Positions 51,313 through 61,459 of a stretch of DNA of 64,000 bases are shown one piece after another. This DNA comes from an uncultured Nitrospiraceae bacterium. Lineage in GTDB: Bacteria > Nitrospirota > Thermodesulfovibrionia > Thermodesulfovibrionales > Dissulfurispiraceae. Numbering within the stretch: the stretch's first letter is position 1; each line of letters begins with the position of its first letter. The DNA is taken from positions 128,001 to 192,000 of the forward strand of contig CAVPIW010000005.1 of NCBI GenBank assembly GCA_963705105.1, read 5' to 3'. Both the position numbers and the translations under genes were made by a program. The notes beneath the pieces were generated by a model. It saw nothing but the letters and a program-made list of their open reading frames with translations. It made no database searches and was not told the DNA's origin.

Positions 51313-53439
51313 CTAACGGCCGCCGCTCTTTTCCATCTTCCTCTGCCGGATAAACTCGTTGATCTCGTCGTCCTTGGTCCTTCCCTGATACTTGTCTAAA
51401 TATTCCTTTGTCACTTTTGACGCCTCCATTTTCGACTTGACGACGCGCGGAGTGAGGAGGATGATAAGCTCATTCCGTATATTGCTGTCGCTTGTCGTGG
51501 AGAAGAGCGTGCCGAGAATGGGAATACTGCTCAGGAAGGGGATGCCGGACTTTGAGCGTGTCGTGTCTTCCCGGATCAGCCCGCCGATAATGATCGTTTC
51601 TCCGTCCTGAGCGACGAGGTTCGACGTTGCCTCTGTCTTGGTCACCGACGCGAAGTCCTGCCCCGCGATCTGGACGTTTTGGCCGAGCGCCGAGACTTCC
51701 TGGCTGATCTCCAGAGAGATGAGCCCGCTGTCGTTCACCTGCGGTTTCACCTTGAGGATGATGCCGATGTCCTTGTACTGGATCGTTGATGTCAGCGTAT
51801 TGCTGGCGATCGCCCCCCCGGAGACGGGCGTCGCCGTGGTCGACGTCGCAAGGGGGATCTGCTGGCCCACCTGGATCCTCGCCTCCCGGTTGTCCGACAC
51901 GAGGATATGCGGCGCCGCGAGGACCTTCGCCCTGGAGTCGTTCATGGCGGCGATGATCTTGAGCCTGAGGTTGCCCGTCGGGTCTGCGGCGAGGAAGGTG
52001 AAATTCGTCGTGCTCGAATCGAGGGCTGTTCCGGGCTGGATGCCGACGCCGCCCAATAGGTTGATGTCCTTGTTTAACTGCTTAAACTGCAGCTTCATAT
52101 CCGTAATGAACGAGTAGGCGAAGCCGAGACTGAAGTTGTCCGTCAGGTCCACGCGGACGATGAGCCCCTCGATGATCACCTGTCGCGGGACGATGTCGAT
52201 CTTCCTGATGGTATCGGCGATAAGCTCATAATCGTCGGGTGTGGCGAGGATGATGATCGCGTTCGTGATCTCGTCGGCGAAAATTCTCGTTATGTCGGAT
52301 ACGAGGGCCTCTCCTTCGCCGGCCGGCCCCCCTGCCGCGGCCCCTGCCGCCGCTGCAGGCTGCGGGGGTTGGCCCGGGGCGGCGGCCCGTGCGGGCTGAG
52401 CCGCGGGCCGCGATGCCGCAGGCGCCCTCGAACCGAGAAATATCTGCTGCATCATCGTGGCGAGGTCCTTGGCCTTCCCGTTCTGGACGGGATAAACGAA
52501 GACCTCGGGCTTGATCTTTTTCAGTTGTTCGCTGTCCAGCACATCGATAAGCTGGAGAAGGCGCCTGACGTTCGAGTCGGTGTCGATGATGGCGATGTAG
52601 TTGCTCTTCGGGATGTCGATGATAACAGCAGTCTTCGAAAGAAAGGGGGTCATGACCCTGACCACCTCCGACGAAGGCATGTAAAGAATCGGCACGATCT
52701 GGAGGACGGCCTTGCCCGTTATCTTCACATCCTCGGGGTTTCTCCCGATGCCGACGGGTGCGGGTTCCCGCGGGATTTCGCCGATCGGGACGATCCGGTA
52801 CAGGCCGGATTCTTCGACAATGCCGATGCCGTTCAGCCTGAGTATCACCTCCATAAGAGGCAGCACATCGTCCTTCGGCACCGGCGCCACAGACCGGAAC
52901 GTCACCCTTCCCTTTACATTCGGATCGACGATGTAGTTGACCCTGAGAATGTCGCCGAAAATGGTCTGGATCACCGAATAGACGTCGGCGTCATCGAAAT
53001 TGAAGCTCACCTCACCGCGTTTCACGGGGGGACGGGGGATGACGGGAAGGGGGACAGGCGGAGGCTGCTGAGCCTGGGGCGCCGGTTGCTGAACGCCCGG
53101 CGCCGCCGGTTGAGGCTGCGGTTGCTGGACACCGGGGGGCGCGACTTGTTGGGGCTGCTGTTCCTGCTGGACTGCCGGCTGAGGAGGCGGCAGCGGCTGC
53201 TCCGCGCCCCTCCTGCCCGGTGTCGTCTGCGCACCGGGGGTGAAGAAATTCATAATGCCCCGCTGGTTTTGCGCCACCGTCGTGTATTGAGACAAGACGT
53301 CGGCGCTGTTCGCGGGCCTTTGAGTTCCGCGAGGCTGTGCACATGATGAATCAGGCATACAAAAGCCGAACGATATACAGAGCAGAATAAAAACGCCGAT
53401 CCTCTTCAAATCAAAGTTCCTTTCTACCGGTTTCGCCAA
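51313..53439 (-). CDS. gspD: Type II secretion secretin (start uncertain)
   Basis: SFNFDDAD N0 domain, QVIIEGLI, DNREARIQVG, IIIGGLI, GIPFLSSIP, ELIILLTP. Confidence 0.93.
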   Translation of the reverse strand: MAKPVERNFDLKRIGVFILLCISFGFCMPDSSCAQPRGTQRPANSADVLSQYTTVAQNQRGIMNFFTPGAQTTPGRRGAEQPLPPPQPAVQQEQQPQQVAPPGVQQPQPQPAAPGVQQPAPQAQQPPPVPLPVIPRPPVKRGEVSFNFDDADVYSVIQTIFGDILRVNYIVDPNVKGRVTFRSVAPVPKDDVLPLMEVILRLNGIGIVEESGLYRIVPIGEIPREPAPVGIGRNPEDVKITGKAVLQIVPILYMPSSEVVRVMTPFLSKTAVIIDIPKSNYIAIIDTDSNVRRLLQLIDVLDSEQLKKIKPEVFVYPVQNGKAKDLATMMQQIFLGSRAPAASRPAAQPARAAAPGQPPQPAAAAGAAAGGPAGEGEALVSDITRIFADEITNAIIILATPDDYELIADTIRKIDIVPRQVIIEGLIVRVDLTDNFSLGFAYSFITDMKLQFKQLNKDINLLGGVGIQPGTALDSSTTNFTFLAADPTGNLRLKIIAAMNDSRAKVLAAPHILVSDNREARIQVGQQIPLATSTTATPVSGGAIASNTLTSTIQYKDIGIILKVKPQVNDSGLISLEISQEVSALGQNVQIAGQDFASVTKTEATSNLVAQDGETIIIGGLIREDTTRSKSGIPFLSSIPILGTLFSTTSDSNIRNELIILLTPRVVKSKMEASKVTKEYLDKYQGRTKDDEINEFIRQRKMEKSGGR

Positions 53440-53502
53440 AATATTTTCATTATACCACAGGCATTTCGCTAAAAATACATCGCCGCGATGCCGTGCGAGC
53501 CG

Positions 53503-55800
53503 TCATCGAAGGAGTTTCCTGATCTCATCGGGGAGATTTCCGAATCTCCTGAGCTCCGATAGATGATGCTGGGCTTTGTCCTGTTCGCCCCTGATGTAAT
53601 AAGCCCTGGCCTTTCCCAGGGAGACCAGGTACTCCGCCATTCCCCTGTTGACCGCCGCCTTGTAGTAAGGCTCCGCCTCGTTTTCCCTGCCAACAACGGT
53701 GAGAACGTTTCCCATGGTGAGATAGGGCTGATAGAAGGGCGTGTCCTTTGAAACGGCGCGACCGGCGAGGTCAAGCGCCCTGTCGCGTTCCGCCCGCTCG
53801 ATGACGAGCAGGTCCGCGAAATCCGACAGTGCAAGGACATTGCCGGGATCGACGGAGAGCGTCTTCTGAAAATATTCATAAGCCGCTCGTATATCTCTCT
53901 TTCCGATATACGATGAAGCCATGCCGTACAGTGCTCCGGAGAAGCGCGAATCGATGGCGAGGGCACGCTCATACGACACAAGCGCATCGTCCCACAAATT
54001 GCTTTTCCTGTAAGCGTCTCCCGTTAAGGTATAGACGATGACCGTTTCAATCCCCTGCGTCCTGTTGATAACGTCGCCGTATTCCCGCAGCGCCCCTTCG
54101 ACATCATTGGTCGACGCCTTGTAGAGACCTCTCATGATCTGGGTCTTTGACGATATCATGCTCTTTTCGTGCTGATCGATGAGCTTTTTGGCCGTTTCAA
54201 TTTTTCCGGAAAAGAGATAGAGCATCCCAAGGCTGTACACGGCCTCGTCGAAGAAAAACGGCCTCCTTTCCTTGCCGGCGATCAGGATGGCTTTCTTGAA
54301 ATACTCTTCAGCCTTCTTGAGGTCGTATTCGTTCATGTGGGTATTTCCAAGTGCCATAATCGCCCTGATGTTGCCCGGCGCCTTGTCCAGCGTATCATTC
54401 CAAAGCGTCAACGAGTCCTTCCAGACCGCGTTCCTGACGAATGTGACCGACCCGAGCGTCACGCACACAAGTATCGCTGCAATCCATATTTTCGTCCTGT
54501 CCCAGGAAAAGGGGAGCGAGACAATGGCCTGGCCTGCAGCACCCATGAAAAGTCCCGCAACGGGAAGATAATTCCTGTGCTCGAAATACAGGTCGGCGCC
54601 GATGCCGACAAAGCTCTCAAGAGATATCGCCGCCAAATACCACAAAATGCCGAAACTGAGCAGGGGAAGCCGTTTCAGGGCTGCAAGGGAAAAAACGATC
54701 AGCGCGACGATGAGAAGAGCACCGGCCACCGTCGTCGGGGGCGTCATCAGGCCGGAGGACAGAGGGAATCCCCACCAGTCGAAAACAAAAAAACCCGGCG
54801 CCGGGACAAGCAGCAAAAACAGGTAGCGGGGGAGCACCCTGAACTGAGTGAGAACGTGCTGCAGAGGTGTCCAGTACACGTCGGCGGCCATCCATCCCCT
54901 GTCCTCCATCGGCTGATCATAATGAACAACAAGTGACGCAAGGTCGGCGACGACATGAGTGAGCCGGAGCGAATAAGCAGTGACGCCGAGGACAAGGACT
55001 GCCAATACACCGATGACAGCCAGCCTTTTCTTGAATGATCTCATGTCTTTTTTTGACAGGAACACGTAATCGTACAGAAGAATGAGAGGCAGACCCATGA
55101 CCGCATTCTCCTTCGAAAAAAGGCCGAGCAGAAGGGAGGCGCCGCAGAGCATGAATAACAGTGAGGACCGTGCGGGATGCGTTGACTCAGCGGCCGCCCT
55201 GTAAAACAACAGAGCGAGGAGGACGAAAAAAGCGGCGAGAAGGGCCATCCGCTGCACGATATATGCGACGGCGGAAACATTGATCGGATGCAGGGCGAAG
55301 AGGGCGCTGCAGAGCAATGCCGCAGCAAAGGCGAGCCTGTCATGATGCCGCTGATTGAATGTCTCCCCGTCCGGCGCTGCGGCTCTGTTATTGCCGGCAG
55401 CGGGACATCCCGCAAGAAAGGACCGGACGGTCCAAAAGGTCAGTACATAAACCAGGATCGCATTGGCAAGATGAATCACGATATTGACGATCCTGAAGTT
55501 CATCGCGCTGAAAGACGCCACCCGCTGGTTCGCAAGAAAGGTGAGATAGGTGATTTTCCTGAATCCGAGGAGATCCTGAAAGTCCTGGATGCTTATGGGT
55601 CTGTTAATCACCACATCGTCCAGCGCCCACGTCCCGTTGAGCGAATTCGCATAGGCAAGCATCGCCGAAAATCCGATCAGGGCAAGCGCCAGGAGATGGC
55701 TTTTGATGGTTTCATTCTTCAAGAAACCGCTTTCCGTCTTTCTCACTTCCTGCAAGTGAACCCCATCCTGAACCTTTTCCTTTTTTGACTTATTTCCCAT
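53503..55800 (-). CDS. TMTC-like membrane glycosyltransferase (GT-C) with C-terminal TPRs
   Basis: DD after TM1, FALHP, YIVQR, SKE, FEHRNYLP, RNAVW, then TPR repeats. Confidence 0.75.
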   Translation of the reverse strand: MGNKSKKEKVQDGVHLQEVRKTESGFLKNETIKSHLLALALIGFSAMLAYANSLNGTWALDDVVINRPISIQDFQDLLGFRKITYLTFLANQRVASFSAMNFRIVNIVIHLANAILVYVLTFWTVRSFLAGCPAAGNNRAAAPDGETFNQRHHDRLAFAAALLCSALFALHPINVSAVAYIVQRMALLAAFFVLLALLFYRAAAESTHPARSSLLFMLCGASLLLGLFSKENAVMGLPLILLYDYVFLSKKDMRSFKKRLAVIGVLAVLVLGVTAYSLRLTHVVADLASLVVHYDQPMEDRGWMAADVYWTPLQHVLTQFRVLPRYLFLLLVPAPGFFVFDWWGFPLSSGLMTPPTTVAGALLIVALIVFSLAALKRLPLLSFGILWYLAAISLESFVGIGADLYFEHRNYLPVAGLFMGAAGQAIVSLPFSWDRTKIWIAAILVCVTLGSVTFVRNAVWKDSLTLWNDTLDKAPGNIRAIMALGNTHMNEYDLKKAEEYFKKAILIAGKERRPFFFDEAVYSLGMLYLFSGKIETAKKLIDQHEKSMISSKTQIMRGLYKASTNDVEGALREYGDVINRTQGIETVIVYTLTGDAYRKSNLWDDALVSYERALAIDSRFSGALYGMASSYIGKRDIRAAYEYFQKTLSVDPGNVLALSDFADLLVIERAERDRALDLAGRAVSKDTPFYQPYLTMGNVLTVVGRENEAEPYYKAAVNRGMAEYLVSLGKARAYYIRGEQDKAQHHLSELRRFGNLPDEIRKLLR

Positions 55801-55809
55801 CTCAACGGT

Positions 55810-56841
55810 TTAAAAGAGATCGCTGTCTCCCATTGTGTAGTACAGATGCGTCTTCAGTCTCTCCGGCGCCTGATGGTCGCTGAAGATCGGTCCCGTCAAG
55901 TGGAGGTCCCGGGGCTCCCTTTCAGAAATGAAGCCGATGTCACCGATCGTCCTGTCCCACCAGGAGGGCCTCGGAGGGAACCAGCACTCGATCGCATCGA
56001 TCCCTTCCGCCAGGGGATGGTGAAGGGCATGGCCCAGCAAGGGCATGACGAAGGCTGCTGCACGGGGCTCGAACAGGGCGTCTCCCCAGATCATGCTCCG
56101 GCCCTCCCTGAAAAAGACAGACCACCCGGCAAGCCGTCCCGCCCTCCTGAGAACGAGGATGAGATACCGCCTGTCCGGTCTCCGGAGGTATCGCCAGCGC
56201 AGATAGGCGGCATCCCGGCGGATGAGATAACGGTAACGCGGCGCACACCGCTCGAATAAAGCCGTCCATTCCTCATCGACGGACGTCGTCTCCTCGACGC
56301 GGATACGTGAGACAGCGGCCGCGACCCTCTCCCTGGCACTGATCTTTATGGCGCCGACGGGCGCGTGCCTGTAATGCACCGGCTCGATGTCGGCATAACC
56401 GAGAAACAGGAGGCCGATCCGCAGGCTGTGGTGCGTGGCAAAGCCATACGCGAAAGGCGCATTGCGGGCATGGGTATTTTTGAAATGTTCAAAAGTCTTC
56501 GCGAGAAGAGACGTTTTTCCGAAGCCCACCGATCTGAAGGCCTTCCTGGTCATCTTGTCGCCGATCTGGAATGTCGTGGTTTCCTCATATCCTTTTCCGC
56601 CGGGAGGATAAAAGCGGAGGCACACCGGATACCCCGCATACTGCGAAGCAAGGACCCCTTCCGGCGACACGGCAAGGCTGATGCAGCAGGAGCCCTGCGG
56701 GTTGTCCCGATATTTCCATATCCAGTAAGGGAGTTGACGGTTCTCCCGGAACACCTCATTGAACATGTCAACGAGGCGGTCTTCGTCGCCCTGTTCATAG
56801 GACCTGAAGGCAAACCCGTCGGTCGGGGTCTTGCGATTCAC
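55810..56841 (-). CDS. GNAT-family N-acyltransferase
   Basis: WKYRDNP, MTRKAFRSVG, YLRWRY pattern; GTGA overlap with the upstream stop. Confidence 0.7.
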   Translation of the reverse strand: MNRKTPTDGFAFRSYEQGDEDRLVDMFNEVFRENRQLPYWIWKYRDNPQGSCCISLAVSPEGVLASQYAGYPVCLRFYPPGGKGYEETTTFQIGDKMTRKAFRSVGFGKTSLLAKTFEHFKNTHARNAPFAYGFATHHSLRIGLLFLGYADIEPVHYRHAPVGAIKISARERVAAAVSRIRVEETTSVDEEWTALFERCAPRYRYLIRRDAAYLRWRYLRRPDRRYLILVLRRAGRLAGWSVFFREGRSMIWGDALFEPRAAAFVMPLLGHALHHPLAEGIDAIECWFPPRPSWWDRTIGDIGFISEREPRDLHLTGPIFSDHQAPERLKTHLYYTMGDSDLF

Positions 56842-57863
56842 GGTGTCCCCGGCACGGCGTTTTTGCTGTATGTGCACTGCCATGCCCCCTTCACAACGCG
56901 GCAGTCGCGCTCCCGGTCATGAAGGGTTTGCGGTACGGCATTATACCAGGAATTGCAGTCCGCACACAGCCCGATCAGGGAATACCTCCCTTCCTTGTGC
57001 AGGGTCCTGTACCGGTTGAACACCGCTCCGTTCCATACCTTCTCGATGGTGTTTCGGCTCACCGTCCCCACATTTCCGTCGTTGAACCAGTCTTCGCAGC
57101 AGAGTCCGACGCTTCCGTCCCAGAAGACGACGAGCATCGTGAACAGCATGTAACAGGGGATCCTCTCTATGGGAGGGGCTTCCCTGACGAGGATGTTGTC
57201 CCTCGTCCCGACGGGCCTGCAGGGTGAGACGGAGACCTCGTCGGCAAGAGGAAGCCAGAAATCGATAAAGCGGGGCACGTCTTCCCTCATCTCTTCCTGG
57301 ACGGTCATGTTCACCAGGATTTTCAGGTCCGGCCGGCTCACGCGTGCCCTTTCGATAAATGCCAGGGCGTTCCTGACCACCCGGTCATACTCCGCGCCGC
57401 AGCGGTATTTATTGAACGTTTCCCTGACCGTGCCGTCTATGCTGAAACCGATCCAGGACAGGCCGGCATCGATGAGACCCTTTGACATGTCCTCGCCGAG
57501 CAGCATCCCGTTCGTCAGAAAACCCGTGCTGAGGCGGAGATGCGCTGTTTTCCCGATGATCGCACGCAGGTCCTTGTGAAGCAGGGGCTCTCCCGCGCCG
57601 TGGAGTGCCACCCAGGGTATGCCGTGATCCCTGTTGAGGCCGTCGATTTCATGAAGGAGCCTCACGGCGAGGCCGGTGTCCATGAATCCCTTCTTCCTCG
57701 TCGGGACAACGGCGGGACTGTGAAAATTGCACATGCTGCACCTGAGATTGCAGTGATCGGTGAGTTCGAGAAAATAGCTCTGCGGAGGCGGAAGAGGGTC
57801 TTCCCGTTGCAGCACCGGCGGGGCGGGACGCAGTTTTTCCTTAATCTTTTCCAGAAGATTCAT
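56838..57863 (-). CDS. Radical SAM/SPASM protein
   Basis: CNLRCSMC, GEPLLH, C-terminal CYM..LCC..CADC. Confidence 0.9.
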   Translation of the reverse strand: MNLLEKIKEKLRPAPPVLQREDPLPPPQSYFLELTDHCNLRCSMCNFHSPAVVPTRKKGFMDTGLAVRLLHEIDGLNRDHGIPWVALHGAGEPLLHKDLRAIIGKTAHLRLSTGFLTNGMLLGEDMSKGLIDAGLSWIGFSIDGTVRETFNKYRCGAEYDRVVRNALAFIERARVSRPDLKILVNMTVQEEMREDVPRFIDFWLPLADEVSVSPCRPVGTRDNILVREAPPIERIPCYMLFTMLVVFWDGSVGLCCEDWFNDGNVGTVSRNTIEKVWNGAVFNRYRTLHKEGRYSLIGLCADCNSWYNAVPQTLHDRERDCRVVKGAWQCTYSKNAVPGTP

Positions 57864-58797
57864 GGTGTTCAACCATCCGCAGCAACTTTTTCATGAGGGC
57901 GCCCTTCAGGCCCGCCCGGGCAAGGAGGACATCGGTGCGACCGATGAGTCCCCTCTCCCTCAGAAGGCCGAGCGACCGGTCCCTGAGCCCCCCCTTGTCC
58001 AGCGTCAGTGCATAGGCCCCGCAGAGCGCCCAGTATGCGTCCTCCCCGGGACAAAGGGCCGCGCATTTCTCGGCATGGTACAGGCCGTGCTCGGGCGGGG
58101 CCCCCAACAAAAGGATATTTTTCGCAAAGTGGAAATGGGCAAGCGCCGCCTGGCGTCGATCGGAATAATCGAAGGCTCCGTTACCGGTGCGTATGACCCT
58201 GAAACGAAACGTCCCCTCCCAGCAGAGCTGCACGCATGACACGTTCAAATAATGCCTCAGGGCGTTGTCATGCAGCCTTCCGTGCTTCCACACCGAGTGC
58301 AGCAGGGTGCTCAGGTAGGGCGCTTCGATGAATCCCCTTTCTTCAAAGACCAGTTCTCCGTCGACCAGGTCCACAAGCCAGCGGTGCGACGGATAGCCTG
58401 CAACAAGTTCGGTCCATTTGCGGGGCGTTTCGATATAGCCCCTCTTTCCCACCCTCATGAGCTCCCTGCAGGCCCTCTCCGGATCGGGCACATGCTCCAG
58501 CACATGGGAGCAGAAGATGAAATCGAAAGCGCCGTCCCTGAAGGGAAGCGCCTGGATGTCCGCAACAACATACCGGTCCTTCAGATCCTCCGGCACTTTC
58601 CCACCGTCCCGATGAACGCCGTCACGCATGTCGAAGTCGACGATCACGTCGGCGCGCCTGAAGGGATTGTGACCGCCTCCCACATCGAGCACGCGATCCC
58701 TGTCGTCGATGCGCAGGACCGCCCTGAGTCTGTCCTGGTCGAAGGACGGATAGATGACGCCGAAGGCGTTCACCGGCGGGGAATCGCAGTGTGACAT
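57841..58797 (-). CDS. Class I SAM-dependent methyltransferase
   Basis: VLDVGGG, LPFRDGAFD, SHVLEHV. Confidence 0.88.
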   Translation of the reverse strand: MSHCDSPPVNAFGVIYPSFDQDRLRAVLRIDDRDRVLDVGGGHNPFRRADVIVDFDMRDGVHRDGGKVPEDLKDRYVVADIQALPFRDGAFDFIFCSHVLEHVPDPERACRELMRVGKRGYIETPRKWTELVAGYPSHRWLVDLVDGELVFEERGFIEAPYLSTLLHSVWKHGRLHDNALRHYLNVSCVQLCWEGTFRFRVIRTGNGAFDYSDRRQAALAHFHFAKNILLLGAPPEHGLYHAEKCAALCPGEDAYWALCGAYALTLDKGGLRDRSLGLLRERGLIGRTDVLLARAGLKGALMKKLLRMVEHHESSGKD

Positions 58798-58846
58798 CGT
58801 CAGATCCTCAGCACTCTTCACTGTTGACAGGCCCATCGGCCTCTGC

Positions 58847-59605
58847 TCACAGGGTCAACAGGGGGGCGGCGGATGGGACGCTGCACCGTTCGCACAGTTT
58901 CAGGCCCTTTCGCGTGCCCTCCTGAAGACGTTTCCGGATCTCCCCGAGACGTTTGCTCCCGAGGAAAATGTCGACGGCCGAAGCGTCCCTGACATTGCCG
59001 AAGCGCTCATCGTAATAAAAGTCGCAGCAGCAGAGACAGACATCTCCGTCGGGATTTATGACCATCTGGCGGAAGGGCAGGACACATCCCGCATCGTTGC
59101 TGAGCGACTGGTTCACGATGCCGGACCCGATGGACCCTCCGCGGTTGTGGAACATCGCCGTTTTGTCATACCCGTGGACGGACAATAACGCGATCCTGTC
59201 CGCGCCGAATGTCGCGACGAACTCGTTGAAAAGCGCGCTCCTCTCGGGAGAATGGACGGATATGAATATTTTGTGCAGTCCCGCCTCGAACAACCCGTGA
59301 AGTCTCTCCCTGTCCAGAAGGTCTCCGTTCGTGAAGAGATAACTCCGGGCTGACGGAAGCTCCTGCGTGATCATGCCTATGAAGGACGTCATCCTCTTGT
59401 CCATGAGCGGCTCGTTGTTGACGAAGGGACCGATCAATCCGTCATATCCGGCGGCCCTCAGGTCGGAGAGGATCTTTTCGAAGACCTCCCTGTCCATCAC
59501 CCTGGGCTCCCATTTTCTGTCGAGGCCGAACTTGCAGTACGGGCACTTCCGCGTGCAGGTATTGACCGTCTCGATATTGACTTCTTCTATACGAAGGCTG
59601 CCCAT
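58847..59605 (-). CDS. Radical SAM/SPASM protein (short)
   Basis: CTRKCPYC, NEPL, CVLPF, CLCC, CERC. Confidence 0.9.
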   Translation of the reverse strand: MGSLRIEEVNIETVNTCTRKCPYCKFGLDRKWEPRVMDREVFEKILSDLRAAGYDGLIGPFVNNEPLMDKRMTSFIGMITQELPSARSYLFTNGDLLDRERLHGLFEAGLHKIFISVHSPERSALFNEFVATFGADRIALLSVHGYDKTAMFHNRGGSIGSGIVNQSLSNDAGCVLPFRQMVINPDGDVCLCCCDFYYDERFGNVRDASAVDIFLGSKRLGEIRKRLQEGTRKGLKLCERCSVPSAAPLLTL

Positions 59606-59659
59606 GTTGCACGTTACCCCTATTTCGTCCCCTTTGTCAACACGATGAAGACCTTACGG

Positions 59660-60549
59660 TCACCTCATCTCTCCCAGATAGAACCACCCGAGCCAGGACT
59701 CCGGAGAATGAGACACCACCGCCCGCAGCGCATCGGCCCAATGCTGCAGGAGAATGCCTTCGGTGTCCGCGGCGAGAGGGACGAAGGACAGGCGGTACGG
59801 CTCCGATATATCCGACAGGAAGGGGAAGACGGCGGCGACGGGGACTCTGTCTTGCTCCGGATTCTGCTGCAGCCGAGCGGCAACCAGATTTCTTCTTCAA
59901 AGAGCTTCACCTTCGCGCCTCTTTCCTGATATCCCGGCACATCGACAAGCATGAGGACCGAATATCCCTGTCGGATAAGATCGATGCATCTGCCGACCGT
60001 ATCGCCCTCGTTCGTGAAGACCATCGGGACGAGTTTCGAGAGGGCCTGAAAGCAGCCTATCCCGCTCAGCAGGTGGCGCTGGGCGCCTGCCCTTCCCGGG
60101 TCGGCCGAGACATAGGCGATTTTGACCCCCAGCCTGTGCAAGGCCCAGGGGATGATGAAATAGTAGGCCGTGTGGGCGGACAGGAGAAGGAGCGGTCCCT
60201 TTTCCCGGATCTCTCCGGCGATTCTGCGGACCGCCTCCATGTCGATAATGCCCGGCAGATAATCGGTCCTCATCCTTCCGAGCCATAGGTGCTCCAACAG
60301 GATCCGCGTTTCGACCTTAAAGAAGCCCTTTATCACCCTCCCGCTCCCTTCAGCGTTCAGACGAAGGCATCTTGCCAAAGCCCTGCGCACGGACTCCGGG
60401 TCGAAGCTGTCATAGCGAAAACAGGCGCCGTCCGGCCGTTTCCCGAGCGCTCCGGTCCTGTTGACCAGCCGGTAAGCGATCGCCGGTCTGAAGCGGCTGA
60501 TCAGGGGAGTGATCACCCGCGCGTTGAGATCAAGGAGCAGCCTGTCCAA
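59660..60549 (-). pseudogene. LpxL/HtrB-like acyltransferase with a probable -1 frameshift near 59846
   Basis: LLLLSAH, MLVDVP; family-like C-terminus VPVAAVF...SPESWLGW lies in another frame ending at TGA 59660. Confidence 0.65.
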
Positions 60550-61459
60550 AGAAACCTTCGAGGTGGATCAGTGTCAGTAATTGTTCGGGGGCGGCCCGGA
60601 TGAAGGCGTCGAAGCGGGAGGCGTAAACCTGCAGCATGCCGTCCGGATGGAGGCCATCGGGCATCTTTTCATAGCGGACGCTCCTTTTCACGGTGCCGCC
60701 GGCAACGTCGACGAGCGGAAAGGCCGTGAGTATGGGAAGTTTACGGCCGTGGAAGACCTCGATGAGCCTGCTGGGAAAGAAAGCCCGCCCCCCCAGGAAG
60801 TCCGCCTCCATCCTCCTGTCCGTAATAAAGGACCGGGGAAGGTCGATGGCGGCATAGAGGACAGTTCTTTCCCGGGCGGCGAGTATTTTTCTCAGGTGCT
60901 TCGGGAAGTCGGGCGTGTTGGCATAGAGGTACCGTCCCCCGGCAAAATGACGCTCGCTCAGTTTCATGTTCAGACCAAGGAGCCAGCGCAGCGGCCTGTC
61001 CATGGTCAAAGGATCAATGCTGAATGCGATGGGGTGCACCCGGTAACCCAGCTCCGATGTGGCTGCAATGACCTCATAGTAGCTGCCCGTGTGCGCATAG
61101 AGGACCAGTGCGGGTCCCCTTTCATAGCATTCCGACATTTCTTCCAGCCCTGAAAAGGCGTTGAACCGGTGGACCGTTCTGTCCGATAGAAAAGGATACA
61201 GAAAGCAGTCGGCCTCGCGCACAGCCGACACGACGGTGTACAAGTCGGCAAGTGTCCGGGCATCGTGACCGCTCAGGAAGTCATACCTGCCGCAGGCCCT
61301 CCCGATCGCTTCACGGTAGCTCCGCACCTTCGGCCCGACGGGACAGCATGTGACGATGTCCGCCAGCCCGGAGAAGGACATGTCCGATATCCTGCGGAGG
61401 AACAGGGGAAGCTTCAGGAAATAGTAGATCAGTTCGCCGGGAAGATGCGATGCGGTCAT
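60530..61459 (-). CDS. LpxL/HtrB-like lysophospholipid acyltransferase
   Basis: YAHTGSY, AAIDLP, FLG, IRAAPEQ. Confidence 0.65.
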   Translation of the reverse strand: MTASHLPGELIYYFLKLPLFLRRISDMSFSGLADIVTCCPVGPKVRSYREAIGRACGRYDFLSGHDARTLADLYTVVSAVREADCFLYPFLSDRTVHRFNAFSGLEEMSECYERGPALVLYAHTGSYYEVIAATSELGYRVHPIAFSIDPLTMDRPLRWLLGLNMKLSERHFAGGRYLYANTPDFPKHLRKILAARERTVLYAAIDLPRSFITDRRMEADFLGGRAFFPSRLIEVFHGRKLPILTAFPLVDVAGGTVKRSVRYEKMPDGLHPDGMLQVYASRFDAFIRAAPEQLLTLIHLEGFFGQAAP

